From assembly GCA_965222605.1 (NCBI GenBank), contig OZ244960.1, positions 256,001 to 320,000 of the forward strand: a stretch of DNA of 64,000 nt, given 5' to 3'. Position 1 is the stretch's first letter. Each line of letters begins with the position of its first letter. Of the stretch, positions 52,084 to 61,798 are shown piece by piece. This stretch comes from Candidatus Latescibacterota bacterium (GTDB taxonomy: Bacteria; Latescibacterota; UBA2968). The position numbers were made by a program, and so were the translations under genes. The notes under the pieces were generated by a model. It saw nothing but the letters and a program-made list of their open reading frames with translations. It ran no database searches and was not told the origin of the DNA.

Positions 52084-53128
52084 CTATGTCCCTTCCTTAC
52101 CGAAGTTGCTGGCAAAGATCAGAGAATCGCCGATTCCAATGGTGTTATCGCCATCCAGATCATACCGTGCGTCATATCCTTTATCACCTTGACTTAACCC
52201 GAACTGTGCTACAAATAGCAAAAAATCGGTAATATTAACAGTACCATCGCCATTAAAGTCGGGATTAGGGGTTTGACGTTTGGTATAAGACGACATATCC
52301 CACATAATAATCGTACCATTCCCATCCCAAGACCCTGCCCCCGAAGCAAGGGTTGTCCCATCGGGCGAAAATGACACAAAAAAGATAGGCTGAGCATGAC
52401 CAGAGGGTTGATCGGCAATCCAAGGACTATCATAGGTTGAAGAAATATTATCTATGTGTCTATAGGTCGCGATATTTTGTCCTGTCGCCACGTCCCACAG
52501 CTTGACTGCGTTATCCCATGACCCTGAGACATTATCCTCTGCCCCAGAAACAAGGACTGCCCCATCGGGTGAAAATGCCACTGAACGGACCGAAGACCTA
52601 TGTCCCTCAAACGTGGCGATATTTGTTCGCGTCGCTACATCCCACAGAATGACCGTTTCATCATCTGACCCAGAGGCGAGCGTTTTACCATCAGGTGAAA
52701 ATACCACAGAGTTGACACGCCCATTATGTCCCTCAAGTGTAGCTATGATCTCTCTTGTCGCTACATCCCACAACCTAACCGCGGCTGCATCCACTGAACT
52801 ATTTCCACCCCATGATCCCGTTGCAAGGGTCTTGCCATTGGGCGAGAATGCAACCGACTCAACCCAGTGCTCATGTGCAAATGTGGCGATATTTGTTTGC
52901 GTCGCCACATCCCACAACTTAACCTCCCCAAATGAACACGAAGCGAGGGTCATCCCATCTGGTGAGAACGCCACCGAACTTACAAAATGCCTATGCCCTG
53001 AAAGTGCAATGATATCGCGTCCTGTCGCCACATCCCACAGCTTAACCGCTCTATCATTCGATCCTGCAGCGAGTATGTTGCCATCGGGTGAAAATGCCAT
53101 TGTGCTATCCTGTGCCCCTGAAGCATAA
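52084..53128 (-). pseudogene. 5'-truncated WD40-repeat protein with C-terminal dockerin/EF-hand-like domain
   Basis: Repeated GH...V.SVAFSPDG..LASGS.D..V.LWDV units; tail PDFNGDGTVNITDFL...YDLDGDNTIGIGD; begins mid-repeat (ASGAQDST fused to AFSPDG), no signal peptide. Confidence 0.7.
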
Positions 53129-53249
53129 CAATTTGTGTGCTTAACACACTTGAAGGTGTGAAACGAAGAATGGGGGGGTTCATTCGTATTGTGCTCCTTA
53201 TCAACGAAGTATAGCGTCTCAGCTACTGCGTTACACCTGCTTATTATGT

Positions 53250-53921
53250 CTATTTATCGACATGCTCAAGAATCATCTCTTCCGTGAATTCAATGGTAGT
53301 CTTAAGGTCGTTATCATCAAATTCATCCCACTGAGCGTGAGTAGCCTTGTTACGAACATCTGCAGCGACACGCGCCCTCTTCGCCTTAGTCGTCGAAAGG
53401 ACATTAGATTTAGCCAACAGGCTAATCAGTTCGTCGAGTTTCTCCCCACTTTCTGAAATGCTGTGCTTACGACATACTCGCCGCATAGTGTCTTCAAATA
53501 CAACTCCTGCGATCACCCCGGCTTCATTCTTACGCCCATTATTCATATATGATTTGGCATGATCCAAGAAGTCATCAAAGACCTCCGCCCGTACCTGATC
53601 TGCCACAGACGACAATAGTCCAGACTGGCTGTCCCTGATGAGATTCACGAGAATCGCGGCGACCTCTCCGACTGCGTTATCAATTGCGTTTCCGTGATCT
53701 GCCTCTGCAATCTTTTCGACACTCTTTCGATACCCCGCCTCTGAATTTGGGAGTACTATCTGGACTATGTTTACTGCTGCGGCGAGCCAGCCGCGACACT
53801 TCTGAGCTTGTGCATCCCAATGCCTCTCATCGTAATCATCGTCCTCATCGTATTGGCTTAATACTGAGGCCTCTACAACCAACTCATTGAGTCTTGCGAC
53901 GATTGATTCTTCAATAGACAT
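53250..53921 (-). CDS. DUF4145/HEPN-domain protein
   Basis: AGVIAGVVFE..MR...RNKATH (RxxxxH); GGAGG RBS. Confidence 0.7.
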   Translation of the reverse strand: MSIEESIVARLNELVVEASVLSQYDEDDDYDERHWDAQAQKCRGWLAAAVNIVQIVLPNSEAGYRKSVEKIAEADHGNAIDNAVGEVAAILVNLIRDSQSGLLSSVADQVRAEVFDDFLDHAKSYMNNGRKNEAGVIAGVVFEDTMRRVCRKHSISESGEKLDELISLLAKSNVLSTTKAKRARVAADVRNKATHAQWDEFDDNDLKTTIEFTEEMILEHVDK

Positions 53922-53985
53922 CTCAGATACCTCCGGCCAAAAGGGTTTTATTTAGTGCATATGCTAATATATGTTGGTCAGTACA

Positions 53986-54741
53986 TCATCTTCTGAATTT
54001 TCTTTCTCCCCAAGCATGCATAACATCAGTTGGGGATATACTACTCTCAAGAAGTCCACAGATCGCAGATGACCATTTGACCGCGTCATAGGCAGTCTGA
54101 CGAAGAGCTGGCTTTGAACCATGGGTATCGCCCATAGTGCGACGAAGTACTTGGAGAGCCTGTGCTGCATGGTTAGATGCCTTCTTCATTTGGTCAATAA
54201 GTTCAGATGCATCGTCGGGTTTCATACCAATATCCACAAACTCCTGTTTCAGGTTCTCGAATACGCGCAACTGTCTGAAGGCAGTATTCACCTTGGTTTG
54301 GAATGAAGCGTGTCCCGGATTGCCCAGATTATGATTTTCATAAATAGCTTGCGTCACCAAGTCCACTGCACCGCAGGCCGATGTGATGGAACCACTGTAG
54401 TCACCTTCGATAAGCCGAGACATTGCTCGACCAATCTCAGTTGCAGCAGATGGTGGGATAAACTGGGCTTCCCTTGCATCGAGTTCCTGAACGGGGACGA
54501 AGTTGCCATCTATAAACTGATAACCATGACGGCCCAGAATATCTTTGGTACTGGCTTCCAATTCAGAATTGTGCTCTATAAGCCGCTCAGCCAGAATACG
54601 TAATGCTGTCTCTTGAGCAGATTCGCTCATCTGTCCAAACAACCGATCCACGGCTGGCATCACCTCGGCTCTACTCCCAAGACCGCTACGTGCTTCGGCT
54701 TTGGCTGTGATCTGAGAGACATCAAACCCTGCTGCAGCGGT
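53986..54741 (-). pseudogene. Abortive-infection (Abi_C-like) protein, 5'-truncated by IS256
   Basis: GDYSGSITSACGAV...LRRTMGDTHG...A motif; the frame runs into the IS end and its only start codon lies in the TIR. Confidence 0.6.
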
Positions 54742-56202
54742 CAAGTCCTATTTTTAGTTGAAATAATCGAGGCCGGTGGTTTCAATCAGCAGCAAGCGCG
54801 TCTTGCCAGTCCGTATCTATCTTCAAGTCCTTTTGAAGCGCGCGCCTGAGCGTGGGCAGGCTTCGGAAGCCTTTAACCCTTCGCAAGCGCGGTTCAATAT
54901 CCAACAGCGCAGTGGCCAACCAGCGTGTGCGTTGATTCGAGTTTGTCCATCGCTTCACATGAACGTGTCTGGAAAGCGACACGTTGTACACCATCCCTGG
55001 TGATTTGTGCCACCATTGAGTTAAGGGACTCAATGCAGTTGGTAGTACGAAAGGACTGCTTCAACTGCGGCATGAGTCCCAAGCGATGTAAGCTCAGGGT
55101 TTCTTCAAGACCTTCTTCAAGGCTTTTTGTCGCGTCTTCGTTGATCAAAGTCAATTCAGGTTTAAGGGCATCAAGAGCAGCTTTAGCTTCCCGATAGGTG
55201 GGCAGATCGTAGGCATTTTGGAGGGCCTTTTTGATCTCATCTTGTTTGCCTTTGGGCAGATAGGAAGTGACGTTCTCGCGTTTGTGCCACTCTTTACGTT
55301 GAATAACCACATAGCCAGAAAGTGCCTTTGTAAGGGCAGCATACAAGCCTTTCGAGCCGTCAATAAGACACAGCAGGCCCTTGTGATAGACCAGATCACG
55401 CTTTAGGAGAGACCGTATAAACTGCCGACAGACGCGCTCGTTCTCGGTGGCGGCCTGGATAAAGCCGAGTGGGATTTTGTCTCCTTTTATGGTCACGCCA
55501 AGGGCAATGATCATCTCCTCGTCTGCAAAGGTCTTGCCATCTATAAACAGGGCGACGAGGTCATACTGTGCTAAAGACCGATTTTGAAACTGCTTCAACT
55601 TTTGTGCCGACGCCTTGATAAAGCGTCTCGATACGGTAGATGAGGAGAGCCCAAAGGCTTCGGGTATCGCCTCAGCACAGGCTTGATAAGCGCGTGTGGC
55701 AATGCCTTTTATCATACGAAGGAGCAGCCCTTCATCCATATGTCGGGGACGCTGAAGATGATGATAGGTCTGTAAGGAGACTTCCTCCTCGGTCACGACA
55801 TTACGTACCCTGGGAACAGGTATGGGCACTTTCTGATCGCTTAGATACACCGAGCCTTGTTGACTGCCCCACCGACGATTGGGGTTTTGGGTGTCTTTGC
55901 GTGTGTATCTGTGACCTGCCAAGCGGGTCACTTCTTCTTGCAATTCTTCTGCCACGGCGTCTAATCCGAGTGGAATCAAGGCCTGGATCAACGCGATGCG
56001 TGTATCCCGTGCGCCCAGTTCTTCTTCAAGGGGGGTCTCTGGCGTTGCATCGTCTTTGTGGATGGCCTTGACTTTGGGGGCGTTGTGCGATACTTTTTTC
56101 ATCACGGGCTCCTTTGGTTGAGGACACAGCGTTTTCTGCGGTGAATTTGCTGTATCCAATTTACATTGGAGCCTCTACTATTTCAACTAAGATAGGCACA
56201 TC
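54742..56202 (-). mobile_element. IS256-family insertion sequence, decayed
   Basis: Imperfect TIRs sharing the core TTAGTTGAAATA.T.GAGGC at 54754 and (reverse) 56190; Mutator-type transposase inside; no target-site duplication. Confidence 0.85.
54782..56102 (-). pseudogene. IS256 transposase, frameshifted near the C-terminus
   Basis: FIDG, LIDGSKGL, WHKREN and TTNCIESLN motifs; C-terminal VKRWT...ALLDIEPRLRRVKG lies in another frame after an insertion at 54962-54995. Confidence 0.85.
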
Positions 56203-56330
56203 GTCTGTTTTTCTGCACCATCGTCAATAGAAAAATCGTGATGTTGCACAGCTTCGTCAAGAAGTCTCAAAAAACCCCTAAAAGAGACCTCAATATTGCC
56301 ATCCAAAGAATGAGGGAAATCAAACAATGA
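56202..56330 (+). pseudogene. C-terminal remnant of a RelE/HigB (Gp49-like) toxin
   Basis: Manual translation RLFFCTIVNRKIVMLHSFVKKSQKTPKRDLNIAIQRMREIKQ*; starts at the IS end and overlaps the antitoxin start. Confidence 0.8.
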
Positions 56331-56620
56331 TGACACACAAAGAACTAAAAATGAAGGCACTCGCAGACCCTGAAACCAGAGCCGAGTATGAAGCTCAAAA
56401 ACCTGAGTTTGAGTTGCTCGACAAGCTGTTAGAAGCCCGAAAACGCGCTGGTTTGACGCAGGATCAGGTCGCCGAGAAGATGGGCACCAAAGCAACGGCG
56501 ATCACCCGCTTAGAGTCTGCGAATAGCAATCACTCGCCATCTGTTCACACGCTGCAAAAATTCGCCAAAGCTGTCGGATGTCAGCTCAAAATCGAACTGA
56601 TTCCCCAGAGTACGCGATAA
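56327..56620 (+). CDS. XRE-family HTH antitoxin (HigA-like)
   Basis: ARKRAGLTQDQVAEKMGT....TRLES...PS..TL.K.A.A.G. Confidence 0.88.
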   Translation: MMTHKELKMKALADPETRAEYEAQKPEFELLDKLLEARKRAGLTQDQVAEKMGTKATAITRLESANSNHSPSVHTLQKFAKAVGCQLKIELIPQSTR

Positions 56621-56698
56621 GCGGTTTACAACTGCACACGCGCAGCACAACGTCAGTATAGCAGTTCAATATGGCCTTTGGTGTCGTTCCGTGAGATT

Positions 56699-57073
56699 CT
56701 ACCACACAGCGTGCTTAAAGTGGGTTAAAATTGTTTGATCTTTGGTTACGAGTATATTGTCGTTCAATGCCGCCTGCGCCACGATGATGCGATCAAAGGG
56801 ATCGCGTGTCCATGAATACTGTTGGGCACACTGGACAATTTGAAAGAAATTTTTATCACACACGTTCAGCCCTATTGCCTCTGATAACGCGGAAATAACC
56901 GTTTGTGGTCTTGGGGTGATGCGTTTGATCTCGAACAGATATTGCAATTCTAAACTGGCTATTGGCGAGATATAGATGTCGTTGTCATTGATGCAATATC
57001 TGGCCTTTTCGCTCAATTTCTCGGTTTGACCAGCATATAACCACACCACAACATGGGTATCAAGGTAGATCAA
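56699..57073 (-). CDS. vapC: PIN-domain VapC toxin
   Basis: YLDTHVVVW; SPIASLE; RDPFDRIIVAQA; LVTKD. Confidence 0.9.
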   Translation of the reverse strand: MIYLDTHVVVWLYAGQTEKLSEKARYCINDNDIYISPIASLELQYLFEIKRITPRPQTVISALSEAIGLNVCDKNFFQIVQCAQQYSWTRDPFDRIIVAQAALNDNILVTKDQTILTHFKHAVW

Positions 57074-57296
57074 GATTCACCTCCTTGTCCCAGGTGATGT
57101 GGACCAGATCCTCGGGATCGCCTTTAATCACATGCTTCCTTCTTCGCAAGTTCTGAAGTTTGTCTATACTTTCGATCGGGGCGATAATGAGTTTTCGATC
57201 TCCTTTATTGATTTTCACGGGAACCCCCGTATTCAAGATCTCATCCAATATCTGGTAGATATTCCCCCGCAATTCGGTTGGCGTGATTGTTTTCAT
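57060..57296 (-). CDS. Phd/YefM-type antitoxin paired with vapC
   Basis: MKTITPTELRGNIYQILDEILNTGVPVKI; overlaps the toxin start. Confidence 0.85.
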   Translation of the reverse strand: MKTITPTELRGNIYQILDEILNTGVPVKINKGDRKLIIAPIESIDKLQNLRRRKHVIKGDPEDLVHITWDKEVNLDLP

Positions 57297-57345
57297 GTCA
57301 ATTCCCCCATGCAAATAGACCGCTTCACGACAGGCTGTGAAAGTC

Positions 57346-57392
57346 AAAATAAACAAAAAAACGTACGTGTCAAGATTTAACACGTACGTTTT
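57346..57392 (-). promoter_or_regulatory. TA promoter with palindromic operator
   Basis: 13-bp inverted repeat AAAACGTACGTGT / ACACGTACGTTTT overlapping TTGACA (57373-57368); TATTTT 16 bp downstream. Confidence 0.7.
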
Positions 57393-57468
57393 GGGCTGAG
57401 TGCTCGGTTGCCCCGTATTTCAAAACATATCTCGCATTGCGTGCCAATCACAAGCCAACCAACAAAAT

Positions 57469-57488
57469 CCCTTGTCAGAATCAGGATG
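57469..57488. repeat. Solitary copy of the MITE-like end
   Basis: CCCTTGTCAGAATCAGGATG, identical to 50817-50836. Confidence 0.7.
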
Positions 57489-57622
57489 CTCATTTTTCCA
57501 GTTAAACTCAGCTTGGTCACGACAATAGCGACATCCGAACCAGACGTTCGACCTTCTACGAGATATTTCCACTCGCCTGTTCGATAGTCTTTCTGCCTTT
57601 CGACACCAGAAAAATTTAGCAC
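57489..57622 (-). pseudogene. Fragment of a DUF4258-like gene
   Basis: ERQKD..TGEWKYLVEGRT.....VVTKLS.TGK; lacks an N-terminus and is cut by the repeat at 57488. Confidence 0.5.
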
Positions 57623-57625
57623 CGC

Positions 57626-58261
57626 TCAATAAGCCACGCCCGCTGGCTCATCCCACGACTGCTCTATGACGATTTGTCTCAATACGCCTTCCATAGGCAC
57701 CAACACAGCATTCACCGCTGAGACTGCCGGATTCAAGATGCCATCCTGATATGACGGGTGTCCCATTTTGACCATCTCGCGCTTCAAACTCCCCTTGCTC
57801 ACTCTCAACCGCGTGGACCGAGGTGACTTCGCCTTCAATATCTCAAGGGCTGCATCTGCCAGACCGATGCACAGGTCTTGCAGGTGTGCTTCATTCATTA
57901 CCTCCCCCCAACGGGGTGAATCGAGCAGGTCCTCATACACCGAGTTCGCAATTATGTACCGGAACCAATTCTCCCATGTCCGCTCCGCAGTCGTAATCCA
58001 GAACCGAGACTCGGGAATCTCGTCCGCTTCAGAATGGTACTCATCTTCCTCAGACTCACCAGATATACCGGAACGCAAGAGGGTATGCCAAATGATCCCG
58101 GTTACGAGGCCAGCAATCATAGATAGCAGGGCACCCTCGAACAGAGAGAAGGGTAGGAAAAGCGTCAAGAGCCAGCCGATCAGAAGAAAAATGCCGAGGA
58201 CAAGGGCAAGACTGATAATAATCAGGACAACCGTCAGAAGACCTGGAAGAATGGCACCCAT
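57626..58261 (-). CDS. Hypothetical membrane protein
   Basis: Two N-terminal TM helices, acidic linker, soluble domain; AAGGA upstream. Confidence 0.6.
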   Translation of the reverse strand: MGAILPGLLTVVLIIISLALVLGIFLLIGWLLTLFLPFSLFEGALLSMIAGLVTGIIWHTLLRSGISGESEEDEYHSEADEIPESRFWITTAERTWENWFRYIIANSVYEDLLDSPRWGEVMNEAHLQDLCIGLADAALEILKAKSPRSTRLRVSKGSLKREMVKMGHPSYQDGILNPAVSAVNAVLVPMEGVLRQIVIEQSWDEPAGVAY

Positions 58262-58324
58262 AACTCTATATCCTTCACCAAAACGTGTTCTACGTCAAAA
58301 ATGGTTAGAAAGATTATCTCCATC

Positions 58325-59158
58325 TCAAATCCGCTCCAACGCCTGCGCCTCTATCCAGCCGCCCAGGCCCGAGTGCAGGCGCACCAGCAACCACCCGCCT
58401 TCAACGCGCTCAATCTCGACCTTGGTGCCTTCGTGGAGCGTGAACACCTGTAAAAAATCGGGGCCAGGTCCGCTGCGGCCAATGGCCTCATCCACCAAAA
58501 TGATAGCTTTGGAAATGCTGTGTTGATGCGCCTTAAACGCCAGCATAGCCGCACTGCCCAAAAATCCGCCCACAAAAACCACCAGCAACCCCCCCCACAG
58601 CAAGCGACGGACGGGCAAATAAATCCAACACACCACCACACCGCCCACACAAAAAACAAACACACAAACCATAACTGCCAGCGCGTCGAGAGTAAAAAAT
58701 GCAAAAACCGATTGCAAAACCCGCGTCAAAATATTGACCTCATCTTCGCTTTCTCGATCTATCTTTTGGGCATTGGCAAATTGCAAATTCCCCAGAACAT
58801 CCCGATCGTCCGGCATCAAATTCAACGCGCGTTCATAAGATAAAATCGCACGCCCGAGCTGCGCGTTTTTGAAATACGCATTGCCCAGATTATAATACAC
58901 CTCACCGTTGTTCAGCCCCTGTGCGATAACGCGCTCATAAGCCGAAATCGCCGCATCAAAATCCCCTGCGCGATAGTGTTCATTGCCCCGATTGTACAGC
59001 GCGACGAGAGCTTCTGAGGCGAATACTGCATCCACGCCAAGTATCGCAACCGCGACAATGGGGTATAACAGCCGTTTGATCATCACCCCAACGGGCGGGC
59101 ACAGGGGCACCGCCCCTACATTGTACAGCCGCGATAGCTGATCAATCAACACCCTCAT
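58325..59158 (-). CDS. batE: BatE-like TPR + TM + SH3b protein
   Basis: YYNLGNAYFK..LGRAILSYERA; two TMs; RSGPG...LHEGTKV...GWI; start 59158 or 59083. Confidence 0.85.
   Translation of the reverse strand: MRVLIDQLSRLYNVGAVPLCPPVGVMIKRLLYPIVAVAILGVDAVFASEALVALYNRGNEHYRAGDFDAAISAYERVIAQGLNNGEVYYNLGNAYFKNAQLGRAILSYERALNLMPDDRDVLGNLQFANAQKIDRESEDEVNILTRVLQSVFAFFTLDALAVMVCVFVFCVGGVVVCWIYLPVRRLLWGGLLVVFVGGFLGSAAMLAFKAHQHSISKAIILVDEAIGRSGPGPDFLQVFTLHEGTKVEIERVEGGWLLVRLHSGLGGWIEAQALERI
59093..59120 (-). repeat. GTAG-type REP-like palindrome
   Basis: TGTAGGGGCGGTGCCCCTGTGCCCGCCC on the minus strand. Confidence 0.55.
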
Positions 59159-59167
59159 AACTTTGCC

Positions 59168-61024
59168 TTAAATACACCGCTCCAGCGCACCGATCAAATC
59201 TTCGGTCTGCGCGAACAACGCCTGCATCTGCTCTTCCGAAATCTGCCCTGGCGCAAACCGCGCCTGATCGCATTGACCAAATACGTCTTGAACGCCTACA
59301 ATCACCTGTGCATCTACACCGTAATCCACCAGCACAGCACCAATATGATCCGCCGTCAAACCCGCCGCCGCGAGATTGATTCGATCTGCGACAAACTGCG
59401 ACAAAGACCTGTGAACTTCACCGTGAAAACCCGCGCTATCGCCCGCCTCCATTAACCCTTTGGCCTTGCCCAAACGCCGCTGTGCTTCCGAGCGCGAACG
59501 CCTTCTGCGCGCATAGGCCACATCGCCTTCTAAACGCACGCGATGACGCCGATAAGCATAAGCACCAGCCACCCCCAAAACAGGAACCAACTGCAAAAGC
59601 CAAAACCCACTGCGCTGATAGAGCAACAAGCTCTGATCTCCTAAATGGATTCGGTCGGGCTTGATATACCGAATATCGCTCCCCAGCGCACGCACTTCTT
59701 CGCCCCTCAAACCGTCAACCGGATGTGGTGCCAGTTCACCCGGCGTCACGTGCAACGCAATAGGTTTGGTCTGCACGGTTTTATACCTCCCCTGCCCAGG
59801 ATCAAAATAGGCCAGTGTAAAAGGCGGCAATATCACCTGCCCTGCTTTTTGAGGAATCGCCACATACTCAAAAGTTTTTTGTCCACTTATGCGCGTGCCT
59901 TGCTTTCGTGTTTCCAAATTCGTCTTGGGATCGTAAAACTTAAAACCCGACCGCTCAGGGCGAGTAGGTTCTGCAATCGCATGCAAATTTCCCTCACCCT
60001 GCACCACCACCTTCACAGCAACGGGATCGCCGGCTTTCACCGTACCTGGAATCGCCTCTGCGCGCATCTCAAATTGTCCAACAGCACCGCCAAAACCCTT
60101 CGGTGCACCAGCAGGCAATGGTTTCACCTCAATTTCAATCTCTCCCGACCGCACCGTTACCTGCTGCGTATCAAACGCACCAAATGGATCAAAACCGAAC
60201 AGACTGCGCGACCGCCGCCCCGCAACAATTTCGCAATTCACCTCGAGTTGCTCCAGAGCGTGCTTGCCCGCGGTTGTCGGAAACAGTGCCAAACGCTTGA
60301 GCAACGCCGTATTAAACGCGCGCCCATCGACGACCTCCCGCTGCATATTCAAACGCTGGGCATCAAAAACAGTCTCTGCCCAAAACCCCGTAAATGTCGG
60401 CACATGGCCGTATTGCACATTTCGCAAATCATAGCGCGTAAACAATTTATAGGTCACGTCCATCTGTTCACCCACATAAACCACTCGCTTTTCGGGAATC
60501 GCCTGCAAAAACAAATTTTGTTCAATCTCTCGAATCTCTGATCGTCCCATTGACCGCCCTGTTGATGGCGCAGGGCGCGTCTGCGGGCGACCACTCCTTT
60601 TCACCACCTCAACGCGCACCTGATCGGACCGAATCGTCTTACCTTCATGGGTCAACTGTGCCGGACCGAGCACATAAGTACCCGCTCGCTGTGCGCGAAA
60701 AGAGAAAACATACGCCGTCGTGCGCTTTGTTGTCATCGCGCCATTGACAATATTGACGGACATCGACGTAGAGGACGTACTCCCCGTCAATTGCAACCCA
60801 TCCGGCGTGGGGACCTGAGGGGCAGATACACTCCCCATCTGCGCTGCCTCCACCTCCACAGTGAACTGAATCAGATCGCCAACTTCTACCCGAGTGCGAT
60901 CCACTGAAGCCTGCACCGTCACATCCTGTGCATCAGCCCCCTGTGCCCATAACAGACATATACAGATAGCAAGCAAAATACTGCACAAAAATATCCATAC
61001 TTCCCTACCACGCATTGCCATCAT
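59168..61024 (-). CDS. batD: BatD family protein
   Basis: Signal peptide; ASVDR...GD; YVGEQ; GAVGQF; G.GNL; C-terminal TM and ARFAPG. Confidence 0.88.
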   Translation of the reverse strand: MMAMRGREVWIFLCSILLAICICLLWAQGADAQDVTVQASVDRTRVEVGDLIQFTVEVEAAQMGSVSAPQVPTPDGLQLTGSTSSTSMSVNIVNGAMTTKRTTAYVFSFRAQRAGTYVLGPAQLTHEGKTIRSDQVRVEVVKRSGRPQTRPAPSTGRSMGRSEIREIEQNLFLQAIPEKRVVYVGEQMDVTYKLFTRYDLRNVQYGHVPTFTGFWAETVFDAQRLNMQREVVDGRAFNTALLKRLALFPTTAGKHALEQLEVNCEIVAGRRSRSLFGFDPFGAFDTQQVTVRSGEIEIEVKPLPAGAPKGFGGAVGQFEMRAEAIPGTVKAGDPVAVKVVVQGEGNLHAIAEPTRPERSGFKFYDPKTNLETRKQGTRISGQKTFEYVAIPQKAGQVILPPFTLAYFDPGQGRYKTVQTKPIALHVTPGELAPHPVDGLRGEEVRALGSDIRYIKPDRIHLGDQSLLLYQRSGFWLLQLVPVLGVAGAYAYRRHRVRLEGDVAYARRRRSRSEAQRRLGKAKGLMEAGDSAGFHGEVHRSLSQFVADRINLAAAGLTADHIGAVLVDYGVDAQVIVGVQDVFGQCDQARFAPGQISEEQMQALFAQTEDLIGALERCI

Positions 61025-61781
61025 ATCTCCTGCCCCGCAACTTCAATTTGCGTCGCTTCTGGGATTCTTCCTCTCGCGCCTTCATCGCATTGAGAATCCG
61101 AGCCGCCTCCTCAGGCGTCATCTCTACAGGGTCGGGCTGCTGCCCCTGCTGTTGCTGTTGCTCATCTCGCTGATCCTGCCCATCCTGCTGATTCTGACCT
61201 TGCTGATTCTGTTGATCCTGCTCATCCTGATTCTGATTTTGACTTTGATCTTGCTTATCCTGCTGATCCTGTTGATCCTGTTGATCCTGTTGATCCTGTT
61301 GATCCTGCTGATCCTGCTGATCCTGCTGATCCTGCTGATCCTGCTGATCCTGCTGATCCTGATTTAGTTTTTCCAACGCCAATTCCAAATTAATTTTGGC
61401 GTCTATATCATCCGGCTTCAGTTCCAGTGATTTTTTATAAGCCCCCACAGCCTCCTGGAACTTCCCCTGCTGAAACAGGGCATTGCCCAAATTGTAATGG
61501 GTAGCAGCGGACATATCCGGATGTGTGCCTTCGGCGGCACGACCCATTTCCTGCATAGCCTCGGCATATTTGCCCTGCTTGTAGAGTGCATCGCCAGCAT
61601 TAAAATGCAACTCCGGTCGCGTCCGCCCCTCTTGTTGCGCTTCCAAATACCGACGCAATGCCGCTTCGTACTCCCCCTTCTCAAATAGCGCATTGCCCTC
61701 TTCATTCTTTTTTGCCACGGGATCGAGAAATGTCCATCCCAAAAATGGCAACACCAGCAAAACATATAAAAATCGCGTCAT
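61005..61781 (-). CDS. batC: BatC-like TPR protein with D/Q-rich linker
   Basis: TPRs (HYNLGNALF...YKKSLELKPDD.DAK.NLELA); EEAARILNAM...W C-terminus. Confidence 0.85.
   Translation of the reverse strand: MTRFLYVLLVLPFLGWTFLDPVAKKNEEGNALFEKGEYEAALRRYLEAQQEGRTRPELHFNAGDALYKQGKYAEAMQEMGRAAEGTHPDMSAATHYNLGNALFQQGKFQEAVGAYKKSLELKPDDIDAKINLELALEKLNQDQQDQQDQQDQQDQQDQQDQQDQQDQQDQQDQQDKQDQSQNQNQDEQDQQNQQGQNQQDGQDQRDEQQQQQGQQPDPVEMTPEEAARILNAMKAREEESQKRRKLKLRGRRYDGNAW
61260..61358 (-). repeat. In-frame 9-bp tandem repeat encoding (DQQ)11
   Basis: GATCAGCAG/GATCAACAG units, 11 copies. Confidence 0.9.
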
Positions 61782-61798
61782 AATCTCACGTCCATAAT

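Noticed and set aside
54782-55033. Independent 83-aa gene
   Set aside because: It is the out-of-frame C-terminus of the IS256 transposase.
49300-57650. Prophage or integrative element
   Set aside because: No integrase, structural or conjugation genes, and no flanking att repeat or tRNA target seen.
60894-61367. Plus-strand ORF with a poly-(ILL) hydrophobic tract
   Set aside because: Antisense shadow of the DQQ repeat in batC.
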